A stretch of DNA of 64,000 nt from Pristiophorus japonicus (taxonomy: Eukaryota): the NCBI RefSeq assembly GCF_044704955.1, contig NC_091997.1, positions 558,001 through 622,000 of the forward strand, given 5' to 3'. Below are positions 26,455 to 37,442 of the stretch, in pieces (position 1 is the stretch's first letter; the number at the start of each line of letters is the position of its first letter). The notes under the pieces were generated by a model, which ran no database searches, was not told the DNA's origin, and was given only the letters and a program-made list of their open reading frames with translations. Both the position numbers and the translations under genes were made by a program.

Positions 26455-26930
26455 GAGTCACTGGCTGGGCGGAGTCAGCGCCGTATCCCGCGGTAAAAAG
26501 AGCAAGTCCTCAATCAGAGCCAGTGCAGAATGAGGAGAGGAGCCGATCCGAGCCCAGCGCAGCCAGCAAGCACAGCCCCAGCGTCAGCGTTAATCCGCTC
26601 CCTCTCTCTGAGTGTCCATCAGCCTCAGGGGAAGTGCCACTCTTGGCCCCAACCCCAGCCTTGACCTGAATACCTGCTGAACGCAACGCCTCTTAAACAG
26701 CCCTTAGTTGCGGGGGAAGGTTTCTGTTGTTGCCAACACACCGCACGATTCTCTTACAACAACCCGCCGTGGGTTCACGGAGTAAGGAGGGAATACGGAA
26801 ATTTACCCCGCCGGCGAAAGGGCAGGTAGGCAGCGATTTTCCACGGTGTCCATGGCCAGGATTGGGACAATCGGCGAGAATACGGAACACGCGCGCTTGG
26901 AATCGATAGTGAGTCCTATAGGGGAAAGTA
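26455..26930 (+). promoter_or_regulatory. Candidate Sp6 promoter and first exon (CpG-rich)
   Basis: GC box GGGCGGAG at 26467, TATA-like TAAAAA at 26494 and Inr-like CCAGT at 26520-26524 (A about 28 nt after the TATA). The region is CpG-rich and repeat-free. Candidate donors: GTAAGG 26782, CAG|GTAGGC 26826, GTGAGT 26909. Which donor is used cannot be decided from sequence. Confidence 0.55.
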
Positions 26931-28949
26931 AAGTTCCAACTCCTCTCCTCCTGAGGGCAGTGACTGGTGCTGGGGTACAGCCCCGACCCCCTGTACCTCG
27001 CCCAGGTGCCCAGGTGTGATTCTGGACATTGAGTGCCGGGGTGGCGGGGGATGAGAGAAATGTCCCATCTTCTCCATGCTCCAAACCCACACTTTCCAAT
27101 AGGGCTCACGGGACAGTGCGCAGGAACCCTGGCTGATCTATTTCACATCTCCCAAGGCCATGTTGACTTTTCATCAGAACTTCTGTTATAGGGATTAACT
27201 TAGTTGCGATCTGCCAAATCATTATAGTTCAGGACTTACTTGACCTGTACATCAATGATGCTATGATTTAGCGTGGGGTATGAGTGATTCCAACAAGTTT
27301 TTCCTGTTCCATTATAATACAGCAGGTTAACACATGAATATTACCCGCCAAATCACTGCCGCACAGCCCAGTATCTATGTTCTTATTTTGGAAAAGATTT
27401 CCATTTAGATTCCGAAAATCCGACATAGCAGCGTTTAAAGGATAGCTGTTTTGCCAAAATAAAAGTCACACTCAGTTAAACACATATAAAAATAGAGGCA
27501 AGTAGAATTAAATAAATAGATGTTATGGTTTTCTATTATCTACATATTCAAGATACATTAATCATTTGTATTGCGATTTTATTATTCAGAATTCTACAGG
27601 GCTAAGGGAGACTCACAAGGTTGAAACGAGTAGAAGGAAAGGCGAGATAAACAGGAAGTAATGATTAGGTAATGTTTAGCTTGGGTTTTATTACCCCACA
27701 GATTGTATAAGGAAGGAAAGAGTCAGGAAGGTAGGGAGTTTTAAGGTCCTGTGAAACATGGGTTAGAATAGGCGAGGAAGCGATGGATTTTGAATCGAAC
27801 GCTGTGCAGATACAGATTTGCAACAGTACAAACTATGCGTGCATATCATACTCATTTTTTTTTAGTTCAAAACAGGATTAGAGAAAGAAAAAGAGACACT
27901 GGCTGATTATTTGGAGTTCCCGCCAAGTACGATTAACAGAGAAAAGCGGCAGAGGTGGCATTTTGAAGCTCATATTATTGTTGAGTTTGAAATTATCGCC
28001 GCAGGAATAGGCTTGTTTGTGTCTCAGATTCTGTCACAGGCTGTCAATCAGTTGTGTGCTAATTTCACAAGTTGCTAGGAGTGCTTCCTGTGAGGTGAGT
28101 GAAGTCGGCAACTTCTTGGAACCATCATATTTGACATTTCTGACATTGTGCTGAAGAACTTAGACATGTTAATCCATCAGCCCGTCACAGAGAACGTTCT
28201 TGGTGGATTGTGAAGATGAAACATATTTGCAGGAAGTCTCTTGTAATCTTTCAAAGTGTGTGGCCATAAATGAACAGCCAGGAATAACATCTCACACTCA
28301 AACTCTGTTATTTTTTTGTGTTATGATTATATTTACTGAGTAGAATATCCAACCGCACAATTGTCGGGGTTTCCCCCTTCCAAACTTGCCTGGTGTCTCG
28401 AGCATAGAATGATAGTTACAGGTCAATTGCTGAATTAACAATATCGCACAGCGTTAGCCATAAGCTCCATTTGTTTGCTTTAGCATAATAGTCCAACACT
28501 AAGAAATATTCTGTTGATTTCTCGAGGTGTGTTATTGAGTAACCTATGTGTAGGACGATATTCTATAGTGCAGGGCTGTCACGTTTGAAAATTGTCGTAA
28601 TTCTGCGATTCCATAGAATATAGGACACAGAAACAGGACACTGCCCCCCCCCCCCCCACCCCGTCTTTCCTTATCTAAATCTATCAGCATAACCCTCTAT
28701 TTCCTGCTCCCTCATATTCTTGTCGAGCCTCCCTTTAAATGAATCTATACTATTCTCTTCAACCACTCCCTGTGGTAATGAGTTCCACATTCCACACTCT
28801 TTAGGTAAATAATTTTCTTCTGAATTCTCTATTTGATTTCGTATCTAGTTATGCTCTTCCCCCAAGTGGAAACATTCTCTCTGTATCCACTTTATCAAAA
28901 TCTTTCATAATGTTAAAGACCTCTATTAGATCACCCCCTCAGCCTTTCC

Positions 28950-29477
28950 TGATGGGAGGATAGATGCACTAACTTCAGTGTTCTCGACCAGACCAACATC
29001 CCCAGCATTGAAGCACTGACCACACTCGACCAGCTCCGCTGCGCAGGCCACATCATCCGCATGCCCGACACAAGACTCCCAAAGCAAGCGCTCTACTCGG
29101 AACTCCTACATGGCAAACGAACCAAAGGTGGGCAGAGGAAACGTTACAGGGACACCCTCAAAGCCTCCCTGATAAAGTGTAACATCCCCACTGACACCTG
29201 GGAGTCCCTGGCCAAAGACCACCCTAAGTGGAGGAAGAGCATCCGGGAGGGTGCTGAACTCCTCGAGTCTCATCGCCGAGAGCATGCAGAAACCAAGCGC
29301 AGGCAGCGGAAGGAGCGTGCGGCAAACCAGTCCCACCCTCCCCTTCCCTCAACCACTGTCTGTCCCACCTGTGACAGAGTCTGTAATTCCCATATTGGAC
29401 TGTTCAGCCACCTGAGAACTCACTTTTAGAGTGGAAGCAAGTCTTCCTCGATTTCGAGGGACTGCCTATGATGATGA
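28950..29477 (+). mobile_element. RTE LINE 3' fragment in the presumed Sp6 intron
   Basis: MPDTRLPKQALYSEL...HIGLFSHLRTHF and a (GAT)n tail. Confidence 0.9.
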
Positions 29478-30871
29478 CCCTCGCATTTCTGGTATCGGCA
29501 CAAAATGTGTTTCAAAACCTGTAGCCCGTAAAAAGACTGAAGAGATCCCCCCCCCCCCCCAACCCCCAACTTTCAGGTGGAATGAGTTCGAGTAGGAGGC
29601 AGTACGGTGAATCTTGGAAGCTAGAGATAGTACACCGATAGTGCATCAGATGACAAGCCACTTCTTACCTGCTTTTCAGAAGTGCGAGAGAGTAAGTAGG
29701 AAGCTCTCCAAATATATATACAGGACACAGATCAGTGTTGACACTGACACGCGGTTACTCACTGGTCGCGTATATTAATGGAAAAGCATTGGGCCATAAA
29801 AAACTGATAGTATCAAGGGTCTGCAGACCCTTTGGCAAATTTAATGGACTGATCTTTTCCTATAAATCTGAAACTCAATACAATATTATACTCACAGATA
29901 CATCTGCACGATGTATATATAAAATGTGTAATCGGGTAAACAAAGTGATTGTAATTACCAAAATTAAAATATTCTGCGAGATTTGGCTCCGAATATGTAG
30001 GTTGTACTATGAACAGGCTGAATTGGGAGCTGGATGGTGTAGTATTATGTTTACATATCGGTCTTTCCCCCCTTATAATAAGCAGTACATAGTTTCCTAC
30101 ATTACAACAGTGACTACACTTTAAAAAGTACTTCATTGACTGTAAAGCGCTTGGAACGTCCTGATGTCGCGAAAGGCGCTATATAAATGCAAGTCTTTTT
30201 TTTACATTCATTATCGATAATTTCCCTGTTTTTTGCCCCTTTGGTCCAATTTTTTTCTGCTCCATAAAATCATTTCCTCTTGTTCATTAATTAATGCCAA
30301 ACTCTATGCCCCTTCGTGGTCAGTCATTGGCATAGGGACAGGCGACGGTCAGTCAATTCAAGTTTAAAGATGTGCAGAACCCAGGTATAGGATGTATTTC
30401 TGCCTTGACCAAATGTAACTCCGGGATATCTCTCTGGCAACCCCGAGATTCCTTCAGCCCGATGGGCCCGTGCTAAATGAACAGGCTCAGATAGACACAT
30501 TCTGATATTGTCTATTTGATTGCATGGTCCCGATTCCTAGTTCTGATTGGAGACATTTTTAGTACAAATGCCAACGAATTTCCCTCAATACCTTAGCGAG
30601 TTGTGCTATTTACCTTGCACGTAACATGTAGCTGCAAAATGTTGGGAAATCGCCTCGACCTTCCCCTGACAGGTCTGCAATTTGGTTAAAGGGCACGCTG
30701 TCATTTAATGACAAATTGTAGCACGCAAGCTTGACTCATGTGACATTTCTCGTTCACTCATACCTCCGTTTTTATTTGAAGGGTCCTTTGCTGTCTGCTA
30801 ACATTTTCTTTTCCCTTGCAGTCGGGTTGGACTCTTGGCGGAAACTCCCTGGGCTGGAAACTCCCTCGGCA

Positions 30872-32017
30872 ATGCAAACTGCCACATGGAGTAGCATCGG
30901 AGAACCTCAGGCGTCGCCTTTAACACCCGGCTTCAACTCTTGGAAATCCGCCGCCCTTCCCAAGAACTTGGGGATCGCCACGCCCGGAAGCAGCGCCTTC
31001 AGCCCCTCGTTAAACGCAGCCCCCAACTTTTCCTTTAACAATAAGTATGCCTTGCTCAACAGCCCGAGCTTAAAGTCCCAGGATTGTGTCCAGTTCAAGC
31101 CCAGCGCCCCGTCGACGGTCGAATACTTCTCCAACCCCTTGCACCCGCGTGTCGATATGGCTCACTATCACGACTCTTGGTTCCGGCCTTCTCACCAGGG
31201 TGCTGGCGCCGAGGATGGGGGCCTGTCGGCCGCCTGGTGGGACCTACACGCCGGATCGAGCTGGATGGACCTTCAGAACACTCAGGGTGGCCTGCAGAGC
31301 TCCGGCCACCCGGGTGGGCTCCAGGCGCCTTTGGGGAGCTATGGGTCCGAGCACCAGATCTGCGGGCCGCCCACTCACTTGATACAGCCCAACCAGGTCA
31401 TGCTCAGCCAGGACGGATATAAGCAAACGGACCCGGTGCCGGAGCCGCTGGTCTTGAACCAGACGCTGGAAGGAGCCACCCGGGCCAAGAGCAGCCGGCG
31501 CTCGCTGTCCCGGAGCTCGGTGCAGGGCAGCTGCCGGTGTCCCAACTGCTTGGAGGCCGAGAGACTGGGGGCGACGGCGGACGGTAGCAACAAGAAGAAA
31601 ACGCTGCACAACTGCCACATCCCGGGCTGCGGGAAGGCGTACGTCAAAACCTCGCACCTCAAGGCGCACTTGCGGTGGCACAGCGGCGACCGCCCGTTCG
31701 TCTGCAACTGGCTCTTCTGCGGCAAGCGCTTCACCCGCTCCGACGAGCTGCAGCGGCACCTGCAGACCCACACGGGCTCCAAGCGCTTCTTCTGCCCCGT
31801 CTGCAACCGGGTCTTCATGAGGACCGACCACCTCACCAAGCACATGAAGACCCACGGAGAAGGCGGCCAGGCGGCCGGCAAAGAGGCGGGCGGAGACCCG
31901 GCCGCCAAGTGCAACTCGGTGCCCGGGCAATCGCAGTCCCCGGGGGCCATCCAGAGAGACTGTGAGGGCAAAGGGGTCAACGATGGGCTGCCCGTTGCTG
32001 AGAGACAGCAAAATTAA
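30872..32017 (+). CDS. SP6: Transcription factor Sp6 (epiprofin), main coding exon; 381 aa from ATG 30872
   Basis: Buttonhead box CRCPNC followed by three C2H2 fingers ([73 protein letters not shown]). Sp6-type N-terminal motifs [14 protein letters not shown] and [13 protein letters not shown] are present. Splice acceptor ttttcttttcccttgcAG ends at 30821, with a ctaac branch point at 30798, so the exon starts at 30822. Stop TAA ends at 32017. SCRN2 lies downstream, as in human. Confidence 0.95.
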   Translation: MQTATWSSIGEPQASPLTPGFNSWKSAALPKNLGIATPGSSAFSPSLNAAPNFSFNNKYALLNSPSLKSQDCVQFKPSAPSTVEYFSNPLHPRVDMAHYHDSWFRPSHQGAGAEDGGLSAAWWDLHAGSSWMDLQNTQGGLQSSGHPGGLQAPLGSYGSEHQICGPPTHLIQPNQVMLSQDGYKQTDPVPEPLVLNQTLEGATRAKSSRRSLSRSSVQGSCRCPNCLEAERLGATADGSNKKKTLHNCHIPGCGKAYVKTSHLKAHLRWHSGDRPFVCNWLFCGKRFTRSDELQRHLQTHTGSKRFFCPVCNRVFMRTDHLTKHMKTHGEGGQAAGKEAGGDPAAKCNSVPGQSQSPGAIQRDCEGKGVNDGLPVAERQQN

Positions 32018-33918
32018 GACTTTTTTTTGGGGGGGAGGGGTAAAACAACTTATTGCCAGTGTGTGAAATAGTTGCACTTGTTCACTGCTGTATATTATCC
32101 CAGGGTGAGATTCTGAAGGAAATCCCCACAAAAGGTTACACTTTCCCAATGCTTTTTAAGGGGTACTGTCTTTTTGAAAAGGTGTTGAGAAAATCTATTT
32201 TCATTTATTTACAAAACGCACAATATAATTAAGTCTTCCCACAGCATCGGCGTATCTTCCTCTTTTCAGATACATATCCAATTTCCCCTTAAGAGATGCA
32301 ATGGTCTGTCTCAACCATTCCCTGTGGATTATACGCCTTCTGTGTAAAGAACTTGCTTTTAGCCTCTCCTCTCTTTCCCTTAGTGTTAAATTAATGATCC
32401 CTCCTCACTGACACCTCAACAAAAGGAAATTACCCTTTCCTGTTCATTCCATCCAAATGTTTCTTAATTTAAAACAACCCGCTACACATCTTCTCAGCCT
32501 TCTCTGCTCCAGTGGAATTGGTCCCAATATCTCAAACTATAACTATAACTTCCCACCTCTGGGATCCTCCCTGATGAATTTCGTCTCTTAATGACTTTAA
32601 CGTCCCAAGTGGTAAAAACATTTTTTTCACGGAGCAAGTACCCCTTTAATGCCCTTGGTCTGCTGATGTTTACTGTCAAACTTCAAGCCGCCAAATTCAA
32701 CAAAGATGTTGTTACTCGCACAATTTGGAGAATAAGGGTGATCATGACTACAGAGGTTATTTGCATATTAGGCTAACTTCTACAGAAACTGAACCAGGCA
32801 CTCGGGCACGCTGCACTATGGGTGATGCTATATCTGCTGCAGCATGACTCTTGTGATTTAAAAAATATATCGTTCTTATTTAGTTTTTCAATTAAAGTTT
32901 AATCATTTCTGCATTTCCAAAAAGAGATTCACTGTGTGTAGCATTTCGAGATATTTTAATGTGATAAGGTGCTATATAAGTGCAAGTATCTTTACCCAAA
33001 CTGCTCTATCAGGCAAGAATGACCCTTTTAAGGAGCTTCATGCCATAAACTCAGACTAACTAATGCCTCTTTAATGGAAGGAGTTGTTCACATCATAACC
33101 AATATATCTTCAGCAATGTGTTCCAAAAAATTAAAATACAGCTTACTGATGTAATAATAAACAGGATGAACAAGCATCTTGGATACTTCCAACGTGGTAG
33201 TTCTTACACTGTTAGGGAGAGAGCGAGAGTGGTAAATTTGTTTTTTTATACAAAATAATAGTTTTAATACTAATCATCCAGGCAGTATCTGGACAGCAAT
33301 AAGTAAAACGCTTGTGATTTTAGTTGTGACATAGGGCTCCTTTAATCGCCTAGGATGAAAGCCGCAAAGGCAAATGCACTTCAGGATCTTGCCCAAGTCT
33401 GAGTAGTATTTTTTTAATAGTCAGCATCCTGCGTACAGTGTAATGATTTGTCAAGGCAGTAATGGGTGAGAAGATGTGTGATGGTAGCCTTTCAACGCAC
33501 CAGAGGGTGTTGTGGCATGAAGCAAAGGTGACTTTGAAACAAAGCCACCATCCCAAATCGTAGACAAGCACACGTTTATTTTTCATTCACTACTGCTATT
33601 AGACTATGATTGTGTGTAGTTTGTCAATTTTTTTCAACAACATTTTTACATTCATTTTCAGCTGTTGTCTATGTTTCTATTTTATTCTGTGAACATTAAT
33701 GTCATTTTAATAGTTTGCTTCCCATGGTAATATTTCACAAGGGGAGCAAAAAAGCATATTACACCCTCCAGTAAATATGAACTGTTGATGTTATAAAGGT
33801 AATTAACATCCAGTCAGATCCTAAAGTCATTAGATTGCTGGGATTGACACAGAAGCATTCAAGAAAATGTATACTTACATTAAAAAATAACATTTATATT
33901 TTTAATGTAAATACATAG

Positions 33919-33928
33919 AATAAATAAA
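33919..33928 (+). terminator. Candidate Sp6 polyadenylation signal (overlapping AATAAATAAA)
   Basis: Lies at the end of an AT-rich, largely repeat-poor ~1.9 kb stretch after the stop codon, with upstream TGTA motifs and T/GT-rich sequence downstream. An alternative AATAAA occurs near 33156. Confidence 0.4.
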
Positions 33929-34544
33929 ATATCACACTGGTTTTCATCATTTCTTGGACTATTTGTCTTGTGGTGGGCATCTCATTATTGATGTGGTAGT
34001 GATCGCTGTGAGTTATTGGTCTTTACCAGGTTTGAGATAACCTAGTAATGCTCTGCTGCAGGTGCAGTATCATCTTATCAGCCAGCAAAATGACAAGATA
34101 AAACTTTAATTACATGAACTAATACCCTAGTACGCCCTCCAATAGCCATGCCCACAGCTTCTGACAGCATGACCCTTGAAATACCTCTTGCTACTGACAC
34201 TGTCCTTGTAGCCTTGTCCCAGTGCCCCTAGCTGAGCCCCTGCTCATCCAGATCCTGATCATCCTGTCTCTCTTAATATCCTTACTCCTGATGGCCCAGC
34301 ATCCGTTGATCCTATCTCCAGTAGTTTTCCGATACATTCTAGTTTTTAAAAAATTAATTATTGGGTTATGGTCATTGATAACAAGGCCAGCATTTATTGC
34401 CCATCCCTGCTTGCCTTTTAGAAAATGGTGGTGAGTGTTTTTTTTGAACCGCTGCAGTCCATGTGATGACGGTAGTCCCACAGTACTGTTAGGTAGGGAT
34501 TTCCTTTTAAACTGACAGAACATCATCAAGAGAAAAAAAACACC

Positions 34545-34735
34545 AATGCTGGAAAACAGAAATAAAAAAACATAACATTCTGGAAATACACAGGCAGCTC
34601 TGTTAGTATCTGTAATAAGAAACATAGTTAACATTTCAGCTATTCGCCCTTTATCAGTGCTAAGGTCAATACCTGAAACATTAACCTGTGTTTCTCTTTC
34701 TAGATGGACCTGTGGGTATTCCAGCATTATGTGTT
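34545..34735. mobile_element. Palindromic Penelope-terminal remnant
   Basis: Two inverted copies of the atgctggaaatac...gttaacatttcag motif that is also seen at 49780-49860 and 53530-53612. A similar, more decayed hairpin lies at about 23915-24090. Confidence 0.55.
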
Positions 34736-36378
34736 AATATGCAACTGTAAATTGTTTCTTGCATATCACGATCAATGAATTGTAATAAATGTTGATGGGC
34801 AGCATACACAGTAGCATGTGATAGCATAGAACAATTTTATTTCATTTCAACCAAAATTGAATTACATAGAATGTACGGCACAGAAACAGGCCATTCAGCC
34901 CATCTGATCCATGCTGGTATTTATGCTTTACACGAGCCTCCTCCCACCCCTCTTTATCCAACCCTATCAGCGTAACCTTCTATTCCTTTCACCCTCATGT
35001 GTTTATCTAGCTTCCCTTTAAAAGCTGGCTGATCAATGCAGTATTGGGTAACTTGATCCCCTGATACTGATTCAAGTCGCTTAATATAACTATTCACAAC
35101 AACAGTTCTGATGCAGATCACAATGTTCAATAATGGAACAAAAGAATTAGTGGGGCAGGAGGGGGGGGAAAGCAGATACAATGGTGCTCAACCAAACAGA
35201 AACCATTGCTGTTTAAACATAATTTTATTATATTTGTGTTGCATAACAAATTCATAACAGAATCCAAATTGTTCTAACAAACTCCTGTACAAAGAACTAT
35301 GATGTGTATTTCAAATATTGATGCATATGTTAAAATAACACACCTCCATCCCTTAAAAATGACTTGTATATTGTTACAGAAACTAAGTCTACGCTGTGAA
35401 TTACATACACAATAGGAAACTAATGCTGTGTCTTTTATTTAATTAACATTGTCTTTATAGTTGACAAAAAATAAAGATTTGTTTTCAAATGTTTCATGAT
35501 GCCTCTGACGTGGTTTTTCGCAGTTTGGATTGTATAATACTGTAGGCAACTCAAGGAGGGACTGCAACTGATAATTAGTTGCTCAGCATAGACTTGAACC
35601 ATACAGATCAAAGCATCCCAAGATTGCTCCCTAGTCTGTTCGCAACCTTGATGTCATATTTAACCCTGCAATTAGCTTTCAACCACATATCCGCAGCATA
35701 ACTAAGACTGCCTAGTTCCACCTCCGTAACTTCACCCGTCTCTGCCCTTGCTTCAGCTCATCCGCTGCTGAAACCCTCATCCATACCTTTGTTCCCTCTA
35801 GACTTGACTTTTCCAGTCCTGGCTGGCCTCCCACATTCTATCATATGCAAAGTTGAGGTGATCCAAAACTTGGCTGCCTGTGTCCTAACTCGCATCAAGT
35901 CCTGTTCACTCATCACCCCTGTGCTCGCTGACCTACATTGGCTCCCGGTTAAGCAACGCCTTGATTTCAGAATTCTCATCCTTGTTTTCAAATCCTTCCA
36001 TGGCTTCGTCCCTCCCTATCTCTGTAACCACCTCCAGCCACACAGCCCCCCCTAAGATATTGGCACTCCTCAAATTCTGCCCTCTTGAGCATCCCTGATT
36101 ATAATCACGCAACCATTAGTGGCCGTGTCTTCAGCTGCTTACGCCCTAAGCTCTGGAATTCCCTGCCTAAACCTCTCCACCTCTCTACCTCTCTTTCCCC
36201 CTTTAAGCTGCTCCTTAAACCTACCTCTTTGACCAAGCTTTTGGTCATCTGCACTAATTTCTCCTTATGCGGCACAATGTCAATTTTTTTGTCTCATAAT
36301 ACTCCTGTGAAGCGCCATGGGACGTTTTACTGCATTAAAGGTGCTATATAAATACAATTTGTTGTTGTTGTCTGTGCT

Positions 36379-36639
36379 TAGGGTAGCCAACTCTGGTTGG
36401 ATCTATTCCTCGGGATTTCATCACATAGTCTCTCGCCTCCAACTGCCCCAACCAATCAAATAGCCTTTGTTGCTATCTCCAATGTTTTTATAACTAAAAA
36501 ATAAAATTGCTCGAAGAAAATGAAAAGAAAACATGCAATTTTTTTAATGCCCCTCTGATTTTTCTCCCGGTTGCTCGCAGCAGTGTTAATCATTAATTCC
36601 TGGAGACTCCAGAACAATGCTGGAGGGTTGGCAACCCCA
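36379..36639. mobile_element. hAT-type MITE (Blackjack-like termini)
   Basis: TIR TAGGGTAGCCAAC / GTTGGCAACCCCA. 8-bp TSD TCTGTGCT (36371-36378) / TCTCTGCT (36640-36647). A partial inverted copy lies at about 47692-47800. Confidence 0.8.
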
Positions 36640-36679
36640 TCTCTGCTGAGTTAGCTGATCCCCGATAGGTAATCGGAGG

Positions 36680-37442
36680 ACAAGAGGATTTATTACAAGA
36701 GGATTTGAGTACAAGAGTAAAGACTTCTTACTGCAATTGTATAGAGATCTGGTGAGACCGCACCTGGAGTATTGTGTACAGTTTTGGTCTCCTTAACTAA
36801 GGAAGGACATACTTGCCTTGAAGGTGGTGCAACAAAGCTTCCCTAGTTTGATTCCTGGGATGAGAAGGTTGTTGTATGAGAGATTGAATAGAATGGGTCG
36901 ATATTCTTTGGAGTTTAGAAGAATGAGAGGTATTCCCGTTGAGGGAGTGAAATGAAGGTTCATCAGACTGATTCTTGGGATGGGGGGATTGTCCTATGAG
37001 GAGAAATTGAGTAGACTAGGCCTATATTCTCTAGAGTTTAGAAGAATGAAAGGTGATTTCATCGAAACATACAAAATTCTTACAGAGCTTGACAGGGTAG
37101 ATGCAGGGAGGATGTTTCCTCTGGCTAGGGAGTCTAGAACCAGGGATCACATTCTCAGAATAAGGAGTCAGCCATTTAGGACTGAGATGAGGAGAAACTT
37201 CTTCACTCAGAGAGTGGTGCATCTTTGGAATTCTCTACACCAGCGGACTGTGGAGGCTCAGTCTTTGAGTATATTCAAGACAGAGATCAATAGATTTTTG
37301 GATATTAAGGGAATGAAGGGATATGGGGCTAGTGCAGGAAAGTGGAGTTGAGGTAAAAGATCAGCCATGATCTCATTGAATGGTGGAGCAGGCTCGAGGG
37401 GCCGAATGGCCTACTCCTGCTCCTTATTCTTATGTTCTTATG
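36680..37442 (+). mobile_element. CR1 3' fragments (two overlapping pieces)
   Basis: The LEFRRM segment occurs twice (about 36820-36935 and 36940-37070), followed by a CR1 tail. Confidence 0.85.

Noticed and set aside
30731-30821. N-terminal 30 codons of the 428-aa ORF
   Set aside because: Starts at TTG and runs through a branch point, polypyrimidine tract and AG, so it is intronic.
31244-32149. 301-aa and 201-aa antisense ORFs over Sp6
   Set aside because: Expected shadow ORFs of GC-rich coding sequence, with no recognisable domain.
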